NCBI RefSeq assembly: GCF_020745735.1
Contig: NC_083435.1
Span: 38,713,090-38,777,089, forward strand
Direction: 5' to 3'
DNA length: 64,000 bases
From: Hemiscyllium ocellatum
Lineage: Eukaryota
Shown here: positions 11,501 through 23,500 of the stretch, piece by piece
How positions within the stretch are numbered: the stretch's first letter is position 1
How the letters are laid out: each line of letters starts with the position of its first letter
Notes under the pieces: generated by a model
The model's input: only the letters and a program-made list of their open reading frames with translations
The model's database searches: none
What the model was told of the DNA's origin: nothing
Program-made: the position numbers and the translations under genes

Positions 11501-14500
11501 CTAAACAGGGGATCTCTGCTGTTGGGGGGCAAAGTGTTAAGGTGTGTCTGGGTGATGGGTGAGAACACAGCATCAGAGAGTGTGGAGCATCAACCCGTAC
11601 AAATGATGCTGTGCAAAAAGACATCAGGAGATTATATCTGAGGTGGCTCAGTTTGTGAGGCAGCACACCACGAGGAAGGGTCTGCTGCGCAGATTGATAT
11701 TGCTGTCCGGGGGGGTGGGGGTCAGCATTCAGCCTGCTTTTCTGTCACCCAGCCATCCCGGACCCTGGTCAACCCTGCATCCCCAGCTCTCTCCTCCATC
11801 GAGGAGGAACCTGATGAGGTCAGCTGTTGTCATAGCGGGAGAGTTCAGGCATGAGCTGACCGTGTCCCAGACTGCAATCAGTTCCACAGAGTCATAGAGA
11901 TGTACAATATCTTCGGTCCAACCTGTCCATGCCAACCAGATATCCCAACCCAATCTAGTCCCACCTGCCAGCACCTGGCCCATATCCCTCCAAACCCTTC
12001 CTATTCATATACCCATCCAGATGCCTTTTAAATGTTGCAATTGTACCAGCCTCCACCACTTCCTCTGGCAGCTCATTCTATACACGCACCACCCTCTGCG
12101 TGGAAAGGTTGCCCCGAGGTCTCTTTTATATCTTTCCCCTCTCACCCTAAACCTATGCCCTCTAGTTCTGGACTCCCCGACCCCAGGGAAAAGACTTTGT
12201 CTATTTACCCAATCCATGCCCCTCATAATTTTGTAAACCTCTATAAGGTCACCCCTCAGCCTCCGACATTCCAGGGAAAACAGCCCCAGTCTGTTCAGCC
12301 TCTCCCTGCAGTTCAGATGCTCCAACCCTGGCAACATCCTTGTAAATCTTTTCTGAACCTTTTCACGTTTCACAACATCTTTCCGATAGGAAGGAGATCA
12401 GAATTGCATGCGATATTCCAACAGTGGCCTAACCAATGTCCTGTACAGCCTCAACATGACCTCCCAATTCCTGTACTCAATACTCTGACCAATAAAGGAA
12501 AGCATACCAAACGCCTTCTTCACTATCCTATCTACCTGCGACTCCACATTTAAGGAGCTATGAACCTGCACTCCAAGGTCTCTTTGTTCAGCAACACTTC
12601 CTAGGACCTTACCATTAAGTGTATAAGTCCTACAAGATGGAAGTCAGGCAATTCCAGGAGAAAGACCCAAGACTGCAACCTCTCCATGAACACGAACTGC
12701 ATATTGTAATAGAGACTGCACAACTGATGGAAGATTACCTCATCAGGGTGCAAAACCTAAGAGGAGGGTCAATGTAAAGGCATAAGTGCAGAAAATACAG
12801 CTGGCCGAGCTGGGGGCAGTCTTGACGTACACCTCTCCCAAAGGGGAGGGACACCATCAGAGATCTGTTGACTTTCACTAGGCACTAGGATCCTGAATCC
12901 AACAGCTCACAGAGTCCTTAGCAGGTCCTCGTGATCCACTCTGTCGAATGTCTTTTCTTGATCAAGGGAGAAGAATGTGCTTGATTCACCAGCCCTTTGA
13001 GAATAATGGATCATGTCCTGCACCAGGTGGATATTGTTGTGGATGCTCTGGCCCGGGACAGTGAGGACTGGTCTGGGTGGATCATGTGGCCCAGCACGGT
13101 ACCAATGGGAATTCCCAACAGTTCTTTAACAAACGGAGGCCCCCCTTCTTAGGCAACAGAGTGATGACGGCCCTGCTCCAAGAAAGGGGCATCTCTCCGA
13201 TTGCGATACATTCCTCCAAGATCTGCACACAGTCACCCTCCAAGAACATTCCAGAACTCCATGGTCAGCCTGTCCAGTCCCAGTGTCTTGCCCCTGGAAA
13301 GACAGTTGAGGGCACTGGTCAGCTCCTCTAGCCTTAGAAGGAGTCAGGCCTCTCAGCACCCTCAGGGCTGACCTGCGACAGGACTTTGAGTAAAAAATGA
13401 GGTCTGCAGATGCTGGAGATCACAGCTGCAAATGTGTTGCTGGTCAAAGCACAGCAGGCCAGGCAGCATCTCAGGAATAGAGAATTCGACGTTTCGAGCA
13501 TAAGCCCTTCATCAGGAAGGGCTTATGCTCGAAACGTCGAATTCTCTATTCCTGAGATGCTGCCTGGCCTGCTGTGCTTTGACCAGCAACACATTTGCAG
13601 CTGCGACAGGACTTTGACAGCTTCCTCACCGGATGGATCTGGAGAGAAGGGAGCCATGTAACAGTCCCTCTCTTGGGTTCTGCTGCCCTCTGGATTCCAG
13701 ACGAGGGATTTCTCATCGGCAGCATCTACTGAAGGACTCCGTGCAAGTGGGGGAGCTGTAGTGGAGATCCTGAAGGAATTGGTCCGTAATCTCGCATACG
13801 TGCCCCAGGACCCAACAAACTGCAAGTCCTGGAGCGTGGCCTACTTCTCTTTGTACACCCCCTGCAGGGTGGGTCCACATCGGGCTGACCGAGACATGAC
13901 TCCAGGTTGAACACCTCCTTCCCCAACTCCTCAATCCTGGATTTCTACCATAGGCTCTGGGAGGGGGAGTTTTCCCGTTTCCTTCTCCAGCCGGCCCAGA
14001 ACCGACAAAACAAGTCCCGGAAGTGCTCGTCCTCCAGCAGCAGGTTGTTAAAGTGCCAGTATGTGGACCCGAGGTGGGTGCCAAATGGTAGGACCTCCGC
14101 CCACACCAGGTAATGGGCCGTGTACGGCAACTGCTGCGTGGAGGCCAGCGGAAAGCAGGAGGCGTACGCCCGCGAAATGTACAGGCGGTCAATTCTGGAG
14201 GCTCTGACTCCAGGCCTCATGACGGTGAAGGTGATGGAGTCGAGATGGAGAGCTTGTTAGACATTCACAAAGTCAAAGGTTTTAACCAAATCCCTCAGCT
14301 TCCCCACCGATGCTGAGCTCTTCTAGGTACCACCACAGCCCTGCTGCTCAGGGTACAACTGAAAATTCTCCCAAGGAGGATGAATTTGCCCTCATCGATG
14401 GAGCTAAGAAGATTAGACAGTTCCTCGAAGAAGCATGTAGTATAGTCAGGTCCTATACAAGGCACACATACATTCACATGTCTCTGAAATGAAGCATAAG

Positions 14501-17500
14501 CTGGAACACACAGGCCTGGTACACGTCCCTTGACCTTCAATCTCCACCTGAAAGAAAGGGATCAACAAGGTAGCCATCCCCGCCAGAACTGGAGGCCAGG
14601 TGACTCAGTAAGACCCTTCCTCTGCCACTCCAGGAACTGCTTGATCTCCAGACACGGTATGGGGTTTCTTGCAGGAGGCTCACTGCATACTCCCATTCCC
14701 CAAGGAGCAACAGCATACCAAATCTGTGCCTGGCCTTTCTGCTGCCATTGACATTGAGGCTTAATGGCTGCAGTGTGTACCACCACCATCACCAGTTAAA
14801 ACAATGAAACCTAACTTACTGAGCGGGGGGAAGGGGCTCTTTTTCCCTTCCACTCTGAGAATGCTGATAAGGAATCCCTGGGCACAGCCTCTTTATGTTC
14901 TTGTCCATTCCAGGGCCTGCCAATAGCTGCCAGGCAGATATGACTGGAAGCAGTAAGAGAATTCCACTGGTCCATATACAACTGGACTCTGTCTCAGTTA
15001 AAATTGCTTTAAAAATTCCGAGTTCCCCGATGGGGATGAGGGAGACCTTGTCTACGAGCACCACGTCTCCCTCCGCTCTGTCTAACTCAGCAGTGCTCCC
15101 AACCAACACCCACTGCTCCGCCAGATTGTTGCCTCTGACCACTTACCCCTAACCCCCCCATAGTGGGTGCGGGGCGAAGGGGGGGGGAAGGGGAGTCACC
15201 AGTTGGACATACCCCTGCCTTGACCCCATCTATAGGGTCAGCAACAGCAGGATCCCTTGCAGAGCCCTCGAAGTCCTGGATGACACCAGGCTCAACTAAA
15301 ACGTTGATTAAAATGTCAGGTCCCCTGGGTGGCATCAGTTTGGAAACCTGCTCCACTCCTGGCTCTGTGTCTGGATAAAGGTCTGCAGTAAGGGCAGAGG
15401 AGCCTAAAATAAAGGCCTAAGAGAGAGTAAGGAGGCCTGATCTTTCATCACTACAATCTAGGATAACCTCAGGGTAACAATCTCCACTTCAGTCCCCAGT
15501 AGGCACACGGGAAACCTCAAGGGCCTCCAGTTCCTGTAGCGTCTTCAAGACTTCAGCTGCCATGCCCACCTCACCCTTGAGAGGCCTGATCTGGTTGCAA
15601 TGAACAATAGGTGGGGGTTGGGGGCGTTCATGTCCTCCTCCCCTGGTGAGGAGGGAGGGGGCTTTCTAGGGGAAACTACTCCCTCACCCGTGGGGAGGTG
15701 CTGTTAGTACCGGACTCCCCTGTCCCTCTAACCCTAAGGAATGGTGCCTTTTCCAAGAGGGTGGGGAACAAGAGACACTGCCAACTCTCCACTGTCCCGC
15801 TGCTACCCCACCCAACTCGACCATCCTCCCTCTGTTTTCTTTCACAAGTTTTAGGATAAGGGAGGGACTGGGGAAACTGGGGGGCACTGCCCGTTCACTC
15901 ATGTTTATCATCGATGGGCCTCAGGTCTCCCTCATCCCCATCGGGAAACTCCAGGAGTTTTTAAAGCAGTTTTAACCGAGACAGAGTCCAGTTGTATATG
16001 GACCAGTGAAATTCTCTACCACTTTGAGTCATATCTGCCTCAGGCCAGGCTCCAAAATGCACAATTTCTCGACAGGCCTGGGGGTCGCTATCCTACAGAA
16101 GGGAAGTCACACCATACTGAGTCCCAGAAGTTTCAGGGTCACTCAGGGAATCTTCCTGGGAGACCAGCCCCAAATGCTTGGTTTTATTCCTGGACTTCCT
16201 CACAGTGACACTGCATACCCTCCATGAACACCCAAGTAAGCCTCACCCTAATACTACTCTACTGTAAACACACCTTCCAAGACCTCTCCCTGGGCCAACA
16301 GACAAAAACCCGTCAGGAGTAAATGTCTCAGGTGGCCTCCTTCAGACACAGCAACAGCATCATCACACCAGAGCTCACCTCCCCAAGCTGGTGGATGTGG
16401 GAGAGAAGCAGCTCAGATGGTAAAGTGGGTGGAACGTTTGATAAAATGACCCTCTGAACAACTACTTCCAGAGGGTTGACAGGCAGGAACGTGCCACTGA
16501 CAGTAAGCCCCCTCTTCAGGAGAGGTGCACCACCCACTCACTCTTCAGGAAGAACACTGCCTTCCTCTACATGTTTGATGCAGCGCTGCACATGTCCCAG
16601 TGCTCACTTCAGGGTGAACGGAACATTGCACCCCGAACATTTTGGTCAAATGAGAAAAGGGCGATGAAGCCCTTGGAGGTACAGGGAACACAGAGGCTGC
16701 AACCACTCCAGTGTAGGAACAAGAGCCCTGCCCCAGGTGTAACTGTATAGAGGGTCCCACAATCGCCAATGCCCATCCCAGAGTTTCCTCATTTCCCCTC
16801 CCCCTACCTTATCCCAGATCCAACACTCCAACTTGGCACCACCCTCAAAACCTGTCGTACCTGTCCATTTTCCATCCCACTTATCCACTCCACCCTATCA
16901 CCATCACCCCCCACCTGCAACTACCTATTGCCTTCCCAGCTACCTACCCCCCAGTCCCATCCTCCCATTCATCTCTCAGCCCTCTTCCCACCCACATTCC
17001 TGATGAAAGGCTTATGCCTGAAATGTCAATTCTGCTGCTCCTTGGATGCTGCCTGACTGGCTGTGCTTTTCCAGCACCACACTTTTTGACTCCATCTCTC
17101 CAGCATCTACATTCCTCATTTTCTCTTAATCTTATGTGTCAAGGCTATCCTCATAGCTTTCCTAATATCCCTCTTGAGAATGTCCTACACTTTTTATACT
17201 GTTCAAGAGGTTAATTTGAATCCAGCTATTTATGTCTAATATGTTTTTTTTATTCTTAATAAGATTAAAAACCGCTTGATTGTATTCAACAAAATAAAGT
17301 ATTTCAAAGAGTAATACTTACCCCGATGTTTACTCTGAACTGCATTAGGGCACAGAAAGGCCCAAGCCCTTTCTGCTGCTCCTGGCTGTGTTACTCCCTT
17401 CAAATGCTCATTCCAATAGCATTTAAAGCTTCAGGTGTTCTGCAGAAGGGTCACTGGACCAGAAACGTTAACTCTGTCTCTTTCTCCATAGATGCTGCCA

Positions 17501-20500
17501 GACCTCCTGGGTTTCCCCAGCCTTTTCTGTTTTTGGTTCAGTATTTAAGGGCACTGTGTGTTGTCCCTGCCTGATTTGGAGGGGATAATGTTCTCCCCCC
17601 ACATGAACCACAGTAACTCCGATAGTAACCATGTTCACAGAGATATTGGTACAGGTGGAGATATAACACATCCCAGGTCAGTCTGGATGTTTCCGGAACA
17701 TTCCCTCCTGGAGTTTTATCTGGGTTTGATGTGTGTTTATTGGTGATCTTGTTGAATGATGTTTTCTCCCGGGGTCACTCTCTCAGTGTGGGACCTGTCT
17801 GATCCTCTCTCTCTCTCACACACAGACCAACATGAACAGCTCGCGGTCTTCTTCGCTCAGGAGAGCAGCCCCGACAAACAGTTTGATGTGGAGGTGGACG
17901 GAGATGAACTTTTCTACATGGATTTCAACCTGAAGAAGGAGGTGGCCCGGATCCCCGAGTTTGACCCTCACTACATACAGGGAGGAGAGGCGAGGATCTC
18001 AGCTCAAATAGCCATCGTGAAACACAATTTAAATGTTTGGAAGAACCTGTCCCGCGGCTCCCCGGAACCGAAATGTAAGAAACAGTTTCAATGTCTCACA
18101 CATAAAGTAAAACCTGGAACTGGAATATCGACTGGAGCGGGGTCCGGGCTGAGTAAAACATGGAGCTGGAGTAAAAGGTGAATCTGGAGTCTGGTCACAG
18201 TAAAAAATGTGTTGCTGGTTAAAGCACAGCAGGTCAAGCAGCATCTCAGGAATAGGAAATTCGACGATTCGAGCATAAGCCCTTCTTCAGGAAGATGCTG
18301 CCTGACCTGCTGTGCTTTAACCAGCAACACATTTTCGGCTGTGATCTCCAGCATCTGCAGACCTCATTTTTTACTCTGGTCACAGTAAACCATGGAGTTA
18401 CAATCTGGACCGGAGCAGGGTCTGGTCGGAGTAAACCAGGGAGGATGGTCTGGAGGTCAGAGTTGTTACAACTCACTAGGGATTAGATTAGATTAGATTA
18501 CTTACAGTGTGGAAACAGGCCCTTCAGCCCAACAAGTCCACACCGACCCGCCGAAGCGAAACCCACCCATGCCCCTACATTTACCCCTTACCTAACACTA
18601 CGGGCAATTTAGCATGGCCAATACACCTGATCTGCACATCTTTGGACTGTGGGAGGAAACCGGAGCACCCGGAGGAAACCCACGCAGACACAGGGAGAAT
18701 GTGCAAACTCCACACAGTCGGTTGCCTGAGTCGGGAATTGAACCCGGGTCTCAGGCGCTGTGAGGCAGCAGTGCTAACCACTGTGCCACCGTGCCGCCCA
18801 AATAGCATACCATAAATTAATTCCAGAGTCATACCAAATGTTAAAGTAATTTTTCAAGTATGCACAGTCCCCAGCTTTAGTTCGGTTTCAGACCAAAGAT
18901 GAAAGAAAGCACAAACCAGGTTTCTGGTCTAAATATGAACTATTATTTCTTACTTGGAATGAGGGTCTAGCTACAGGAAAACAGTTAACTCTCTATAATT
19001 CTCCTACTCTCTCTAACTCACTTGATTCCAGCTCCAAGCTACTCAGCCACATGAGAACCACACATAAGATTAGATTAGATTAGATTAGACTTACAGTGTG
19101 GAAACAGGCCCTTCGGCCCAACAAGTCCACACCGACCCGCCGAAGCGCAACCCACCCATTCCCCTACATTTACCCCTTGCCTAACACTACGGGCAATTTA
19201 GCATGGCCAATTCACCTGACCCGCACATCTTTGTGACTGTGGGAGGAAACCGGAGCACCCGGAGGAAACCCACGCAGACACGGGGAGAACGTGCAAACTC
19301 CACACAGTCAGTCGCCTGAGTCGGGAATTGAACCCGGGTCTACAGGCGCTGTGAGGCAGCAGTGCTAACCACTGTGCCACCGTGCCGCCCACAAAAGATG
19401 CGATTTATATTTTAGATTTTATTGTCACGTATATCCAAGTTCAGAAATACAGCAGTGCAATGAAAAGTGTATAATGAGAAGGTGATAGGTCAGAGGGGGG
19501 AGTGATGGACGGGTCCGGAGGGCGGTGCCGAGTTGGAGGCTTGAGACTGTGATAATGTGGAGGGGGGAAATGAAGAAGCTGTTGAAATCCCGTGTGGTTG
19601 CAGGGTTCCAAGGTGGAATATGAGGCATTCCTCCTCCAGGCATCAGGTGGTAACGGTTTGGCGGTGGAGGAGGCCCAGGACTTGCATATCCTTGATGGAG
19701 TGGGAGGGGGAGTTGAAGTGCACCTAGATCCTTCTCCCTCACCTTGATCCATCTATCGCTTTCCCAGCTACCTCCCCCCAAACCACTCCCCCCCCTTCCA
19801 TTTATCTCTCAGCACCCTTGGCCCACAAGCCTCATTCCTGATGAAGGGCTTATGCCCGAAATGTTGATTCTCCCTCTCCTCGGATGCTACCTGACCTGCT
19901 GTGCTTTTCCAGCACTCCACTCTCAACTCTGATCTCTAGCATCTGCAGTCCTCACTTTCTCCTTAGGTCTGGAGGGGAGTGAGATCTTGTGCAAAGAACA
20001 AACCATGGGGCTTGGATCTAGATTGGAGCAAATGTCTGGTGGTTAGTGTAAACTCTGGAGCTGAATGGGATCTGGTGGTCAGAATAAATCATGGGATATA
20101 TCTCCACTTATCCAAGTACCCTGTTATAATATGTTTTATAATAACTCTGAAAATTTCCGTAAGTGAGATGTTAAGTTAACAAACCTGCAGTTTCCTGATT
20201 TCTGTTTCCATCCTTTTCATGAATAAAGGAGTTACAATTGCTATCATCCAATCCAAAGGAACTTGCTCAAAATCTGGGAAATTTTTGAAAATTAGAATTG
20301 TTTCATCAACTACAAATCCATTAGGACTCAGGCATTTGTCATTCTTAGCTTCACAACATGCTCAAATCCACTTTCCTGCTGAATGTGATTTTCCTGAGTT
20401 CCTCCCTCCTCCTATTTCCTGACTTGTAGCTATTTCTATGATCTTATTCATATCCTCTACATTAGTGTTTAATTCCACATTGAACAATGTACAGGTCTGC

Positions 20501-23500
20501 AGCTCAGAAGATACTTTGCAACTTTTCGTGCTTGTGTTCAGAAACTCAGTGCCAAGCACACTTTGTTTCCTCTTCAGTAAGGTCGTAACCCGTGTGCAGA
20601 TATCTATTTCATTTTTTCACTGGGTCAAAAATCACATGATACTAGGCTATCGTCCAACATGTTTATTTGAAAACAAAACTTTCAGAGCACTACTCCTTCA
20701 TCATGTGTTAGTGAAAGAGGAAAACCTTAGACACAGAATTTATAAGGAAAAGGGCAAGGGGTCACACATCTCATGCCAACAAATTGAGCACATCTAAGCT
20801 GACTCTTAAATCTTCAGTCAGTTAGGTTGGAGATGTAAGTTTTGATTGATTAATATGCAAATTCTAGAATTTCTTTCAAATCACTGCCCTGAGATAACGT
20901 AAAGTGTTATCAGTATAAAAGGAGGTGTTACCACCAGCCAGACAATATCCCGTCAGGCATGAGGTCTTAATTGGAGTCCATCTGTCTTAACTTGAAATCA
21001 GACTTGTTTTACCCCAAAGTAGGAATTTACAAAATGCTACATTGATTGACTGTCTACAGGTTGTGGGTTTTTTTTTAACAAAATAAAATGTATCTGCAAA
21101 TACAAATCTGCAAATGCAAGTTCACCCCATAGATTTGTGTGTGTGTATATACGCGCATGTATATGTACGTGGATGAGAGGGGGGAGAATGTGTGAGGGGG
21201 AAGAGAGAGCTAGAGTGTGTGTGGGGGGGGGAGGTGGGAGTGGGTGAGTGTTTGAGATAGAATGTAAGGGAGTATATGCATGTGACAGAGTGTACTTGTG
21301 AGTGTGTGTGTGTGTATAGTGAAATGGGGTCACCTGTAGTGTGACATGAACCCAAGGTCCCAGTAGTAATGGTGGTATCCTTGTCAACACTCTGACACGT
21401 CTTACAGCATCGACCGTGACAGGGTTGTATGGAGTTGTGGTCCATGTTGTCCTGAAGGCCGGACAGTTTGCTGCGAACAATCATCTGTTTGAGGTTTGGT
21501 GGTTGTTTAAAGGCTTAAAGTGGAGGCGTGGGCAAGGTCTTGGCGAGGTGCTCGTCCTCATTGATAATGTGTTGCAGGCTGTGAAAGGCAGGTAGTTTTT
21601 CAGCTCCTGGGAAATACTGAACAAGAAGGGTACCCTGTTGGTTGCAGCTCAAGTCTGTCTTCTGAGGAGGTCATTACGGTTCCTTGCTGTGGCATGTCAG
21701 GACTAGCGGTCGATGAGTTGGGCATTGTACCCCGTTCTGATGAGGACATCCTTGAGAACTTCCAAGTGTCCATCATGTTCCTCGTCATCTGAACAGATCC
21801 GGTGTATGCGTAGCGTTTGTCCACAGGGGATGGCTATTTTAATATGTTTTGGGTGGAAGCTGGAGAAGTGTAGCATTGTGAGGTTGTCCGTGGGTTTGCA
21901 GTAGAGTGTGGTGCTGAGGTGTCCATCCTTGATGGAGACGCATGTGTCCAAGAATGAGACAGATAGTCGAGAGTAGTCCATGGTGAGTTTGATGGTGGGA
22001 TGAAATTTGTTGATGTCACTGTGTAGTTTTATCAGTGAATCCTCGCCATCGGTCCAGAGGAAGAAAATGTCGTCAATGTACTTAATGTATAATGTTGGTT
22101 GGAGGTCCTGTATAGAGAAGAAGTCTTGTTTGAACTCATTCAAACATACACACGGGCATACACACCCTCACTCTCACTCAGACACACACACAGACACTCT
22201 CACACACTTTCTTACTCTCCCAACCCCCCCCTCCCCCACAACCCCCCGATCGGTTCATTTAGTCAGACTCTTGCCCCTGAATCAGAAGAGGCGGGTATGC
22301 CTCACTCATGAGGCTGTGAAAAATTAGCTGATCAAGAACTGAGAGGTTCTACTGTTCTGTTCAAGATTCAGCCAACTGTACCAGCTACAGATACCTTATG
22401 TTTTTGTGTGGATAAGATAAATACTTTAAATACCGGAAATCTAAAATACAAACAGAAAATGCTGAAAATTCTCAGCAGGTTGGGCAGCATAAGAAACGAA
22501 GTTACATTTCAAGTCAATGATGTTTCAGTCAGAGGATATAGGCTGGTTGGATACACTAGTAAAAAGCCAAAAGGATTTGCTATTTGATATGATCCACCAG
22601 TCTTTGGGAGGTATGACGACATACCTCATATCACACCAATTACTTTGAAATTCAAAGCATCATGTTTAGGCAGCAACTCATTTTGACTTAATAGCAAGAT
22701 GGGACTGTAGCCTGTACTTACAAAACTCACAGCACCATGTCCAAAATTAAATGAGAATCTGTTGTGGTTCTGCTCGCCGAGCTGGAAATATGTGTTGCAG
22801 ACGTTTCGTCCCCTTTCTAGGTGACATCCTCAGTGCTTGGGAGCCTCCTGTGAAGCGCTTCTGTGATGTTTCCTCCGGTATTTATTGTGGTTTGTACCTG
22901 CCGCTTCTGGTTGTCAGTTCCAGCTGTCCGCTGCAGTGGCCAGTATATTGGGTCCAAGTCGATGTGTTTGTTGATAGAATCTGTGGATGAGTGCCATGCC
23001 TCTAGGAATTCCCTGGCTGTTCTCTGTTTGGCTTGTCCTATAATAGTAGTGTTGTCCCAGTCAAACTCATGTTGCTTGTCATCCGCATGTGTGGCTACTA
23101 AGGGATAGCTGGTCGTGTCATTTCGTGGCTAGTTGGTGTTCATGGATGCGGGTTGTTAGCTGTCTTCCTGTTTGTCCTATGTAGTGTTTTGTGCAGTCCT
23201 TGCATGGGATTTTGTACACTACACTGGTTTTGTTCATGCTGGGTATCGGGTCCTTTGTCCTGGTGAGTTGTTGTCTGAGAGTGGCTGTTGGTTTGTGTGC
23301 TGTTATGAGTCCTAGTGGTCGTAGTAGTCTGGCTGTCAGTTCAGAAATGTTCTTGATGTATGGTAGTGTGGCTAGTCCTTTGGGTTGTGGCATGTCCTCA
23401 TTTCGTTGTCTTTCCCTTAGGCATCTGTTGATGAAATTGCGGGATTATCCGTTTTTGGCGAATACATTGTAGAGGTGTTCTTCTTCCATTCCTAGACGTG

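Larger units (their letters stand above)
11170..16770 (-). mobile_element. Degraded Tx1-like (L1 clade) element, ORF1 and ORF2 remnants
   Basis: ORF1-like [15 protein letters not shown] (about 16400); APE-like SRIDRLYIS and [10 protein letters not shown] (about 14100); RT-like [12 protein letters not shown] (about 12950). Confidence 0.75.

Noticed and set aside
17756-18181. 141-aa single-exon ORF; the 102-aa ORF at 29583 likewise
   Set aside because: Their ends are intronic read-through; the splice sites define the true exons.
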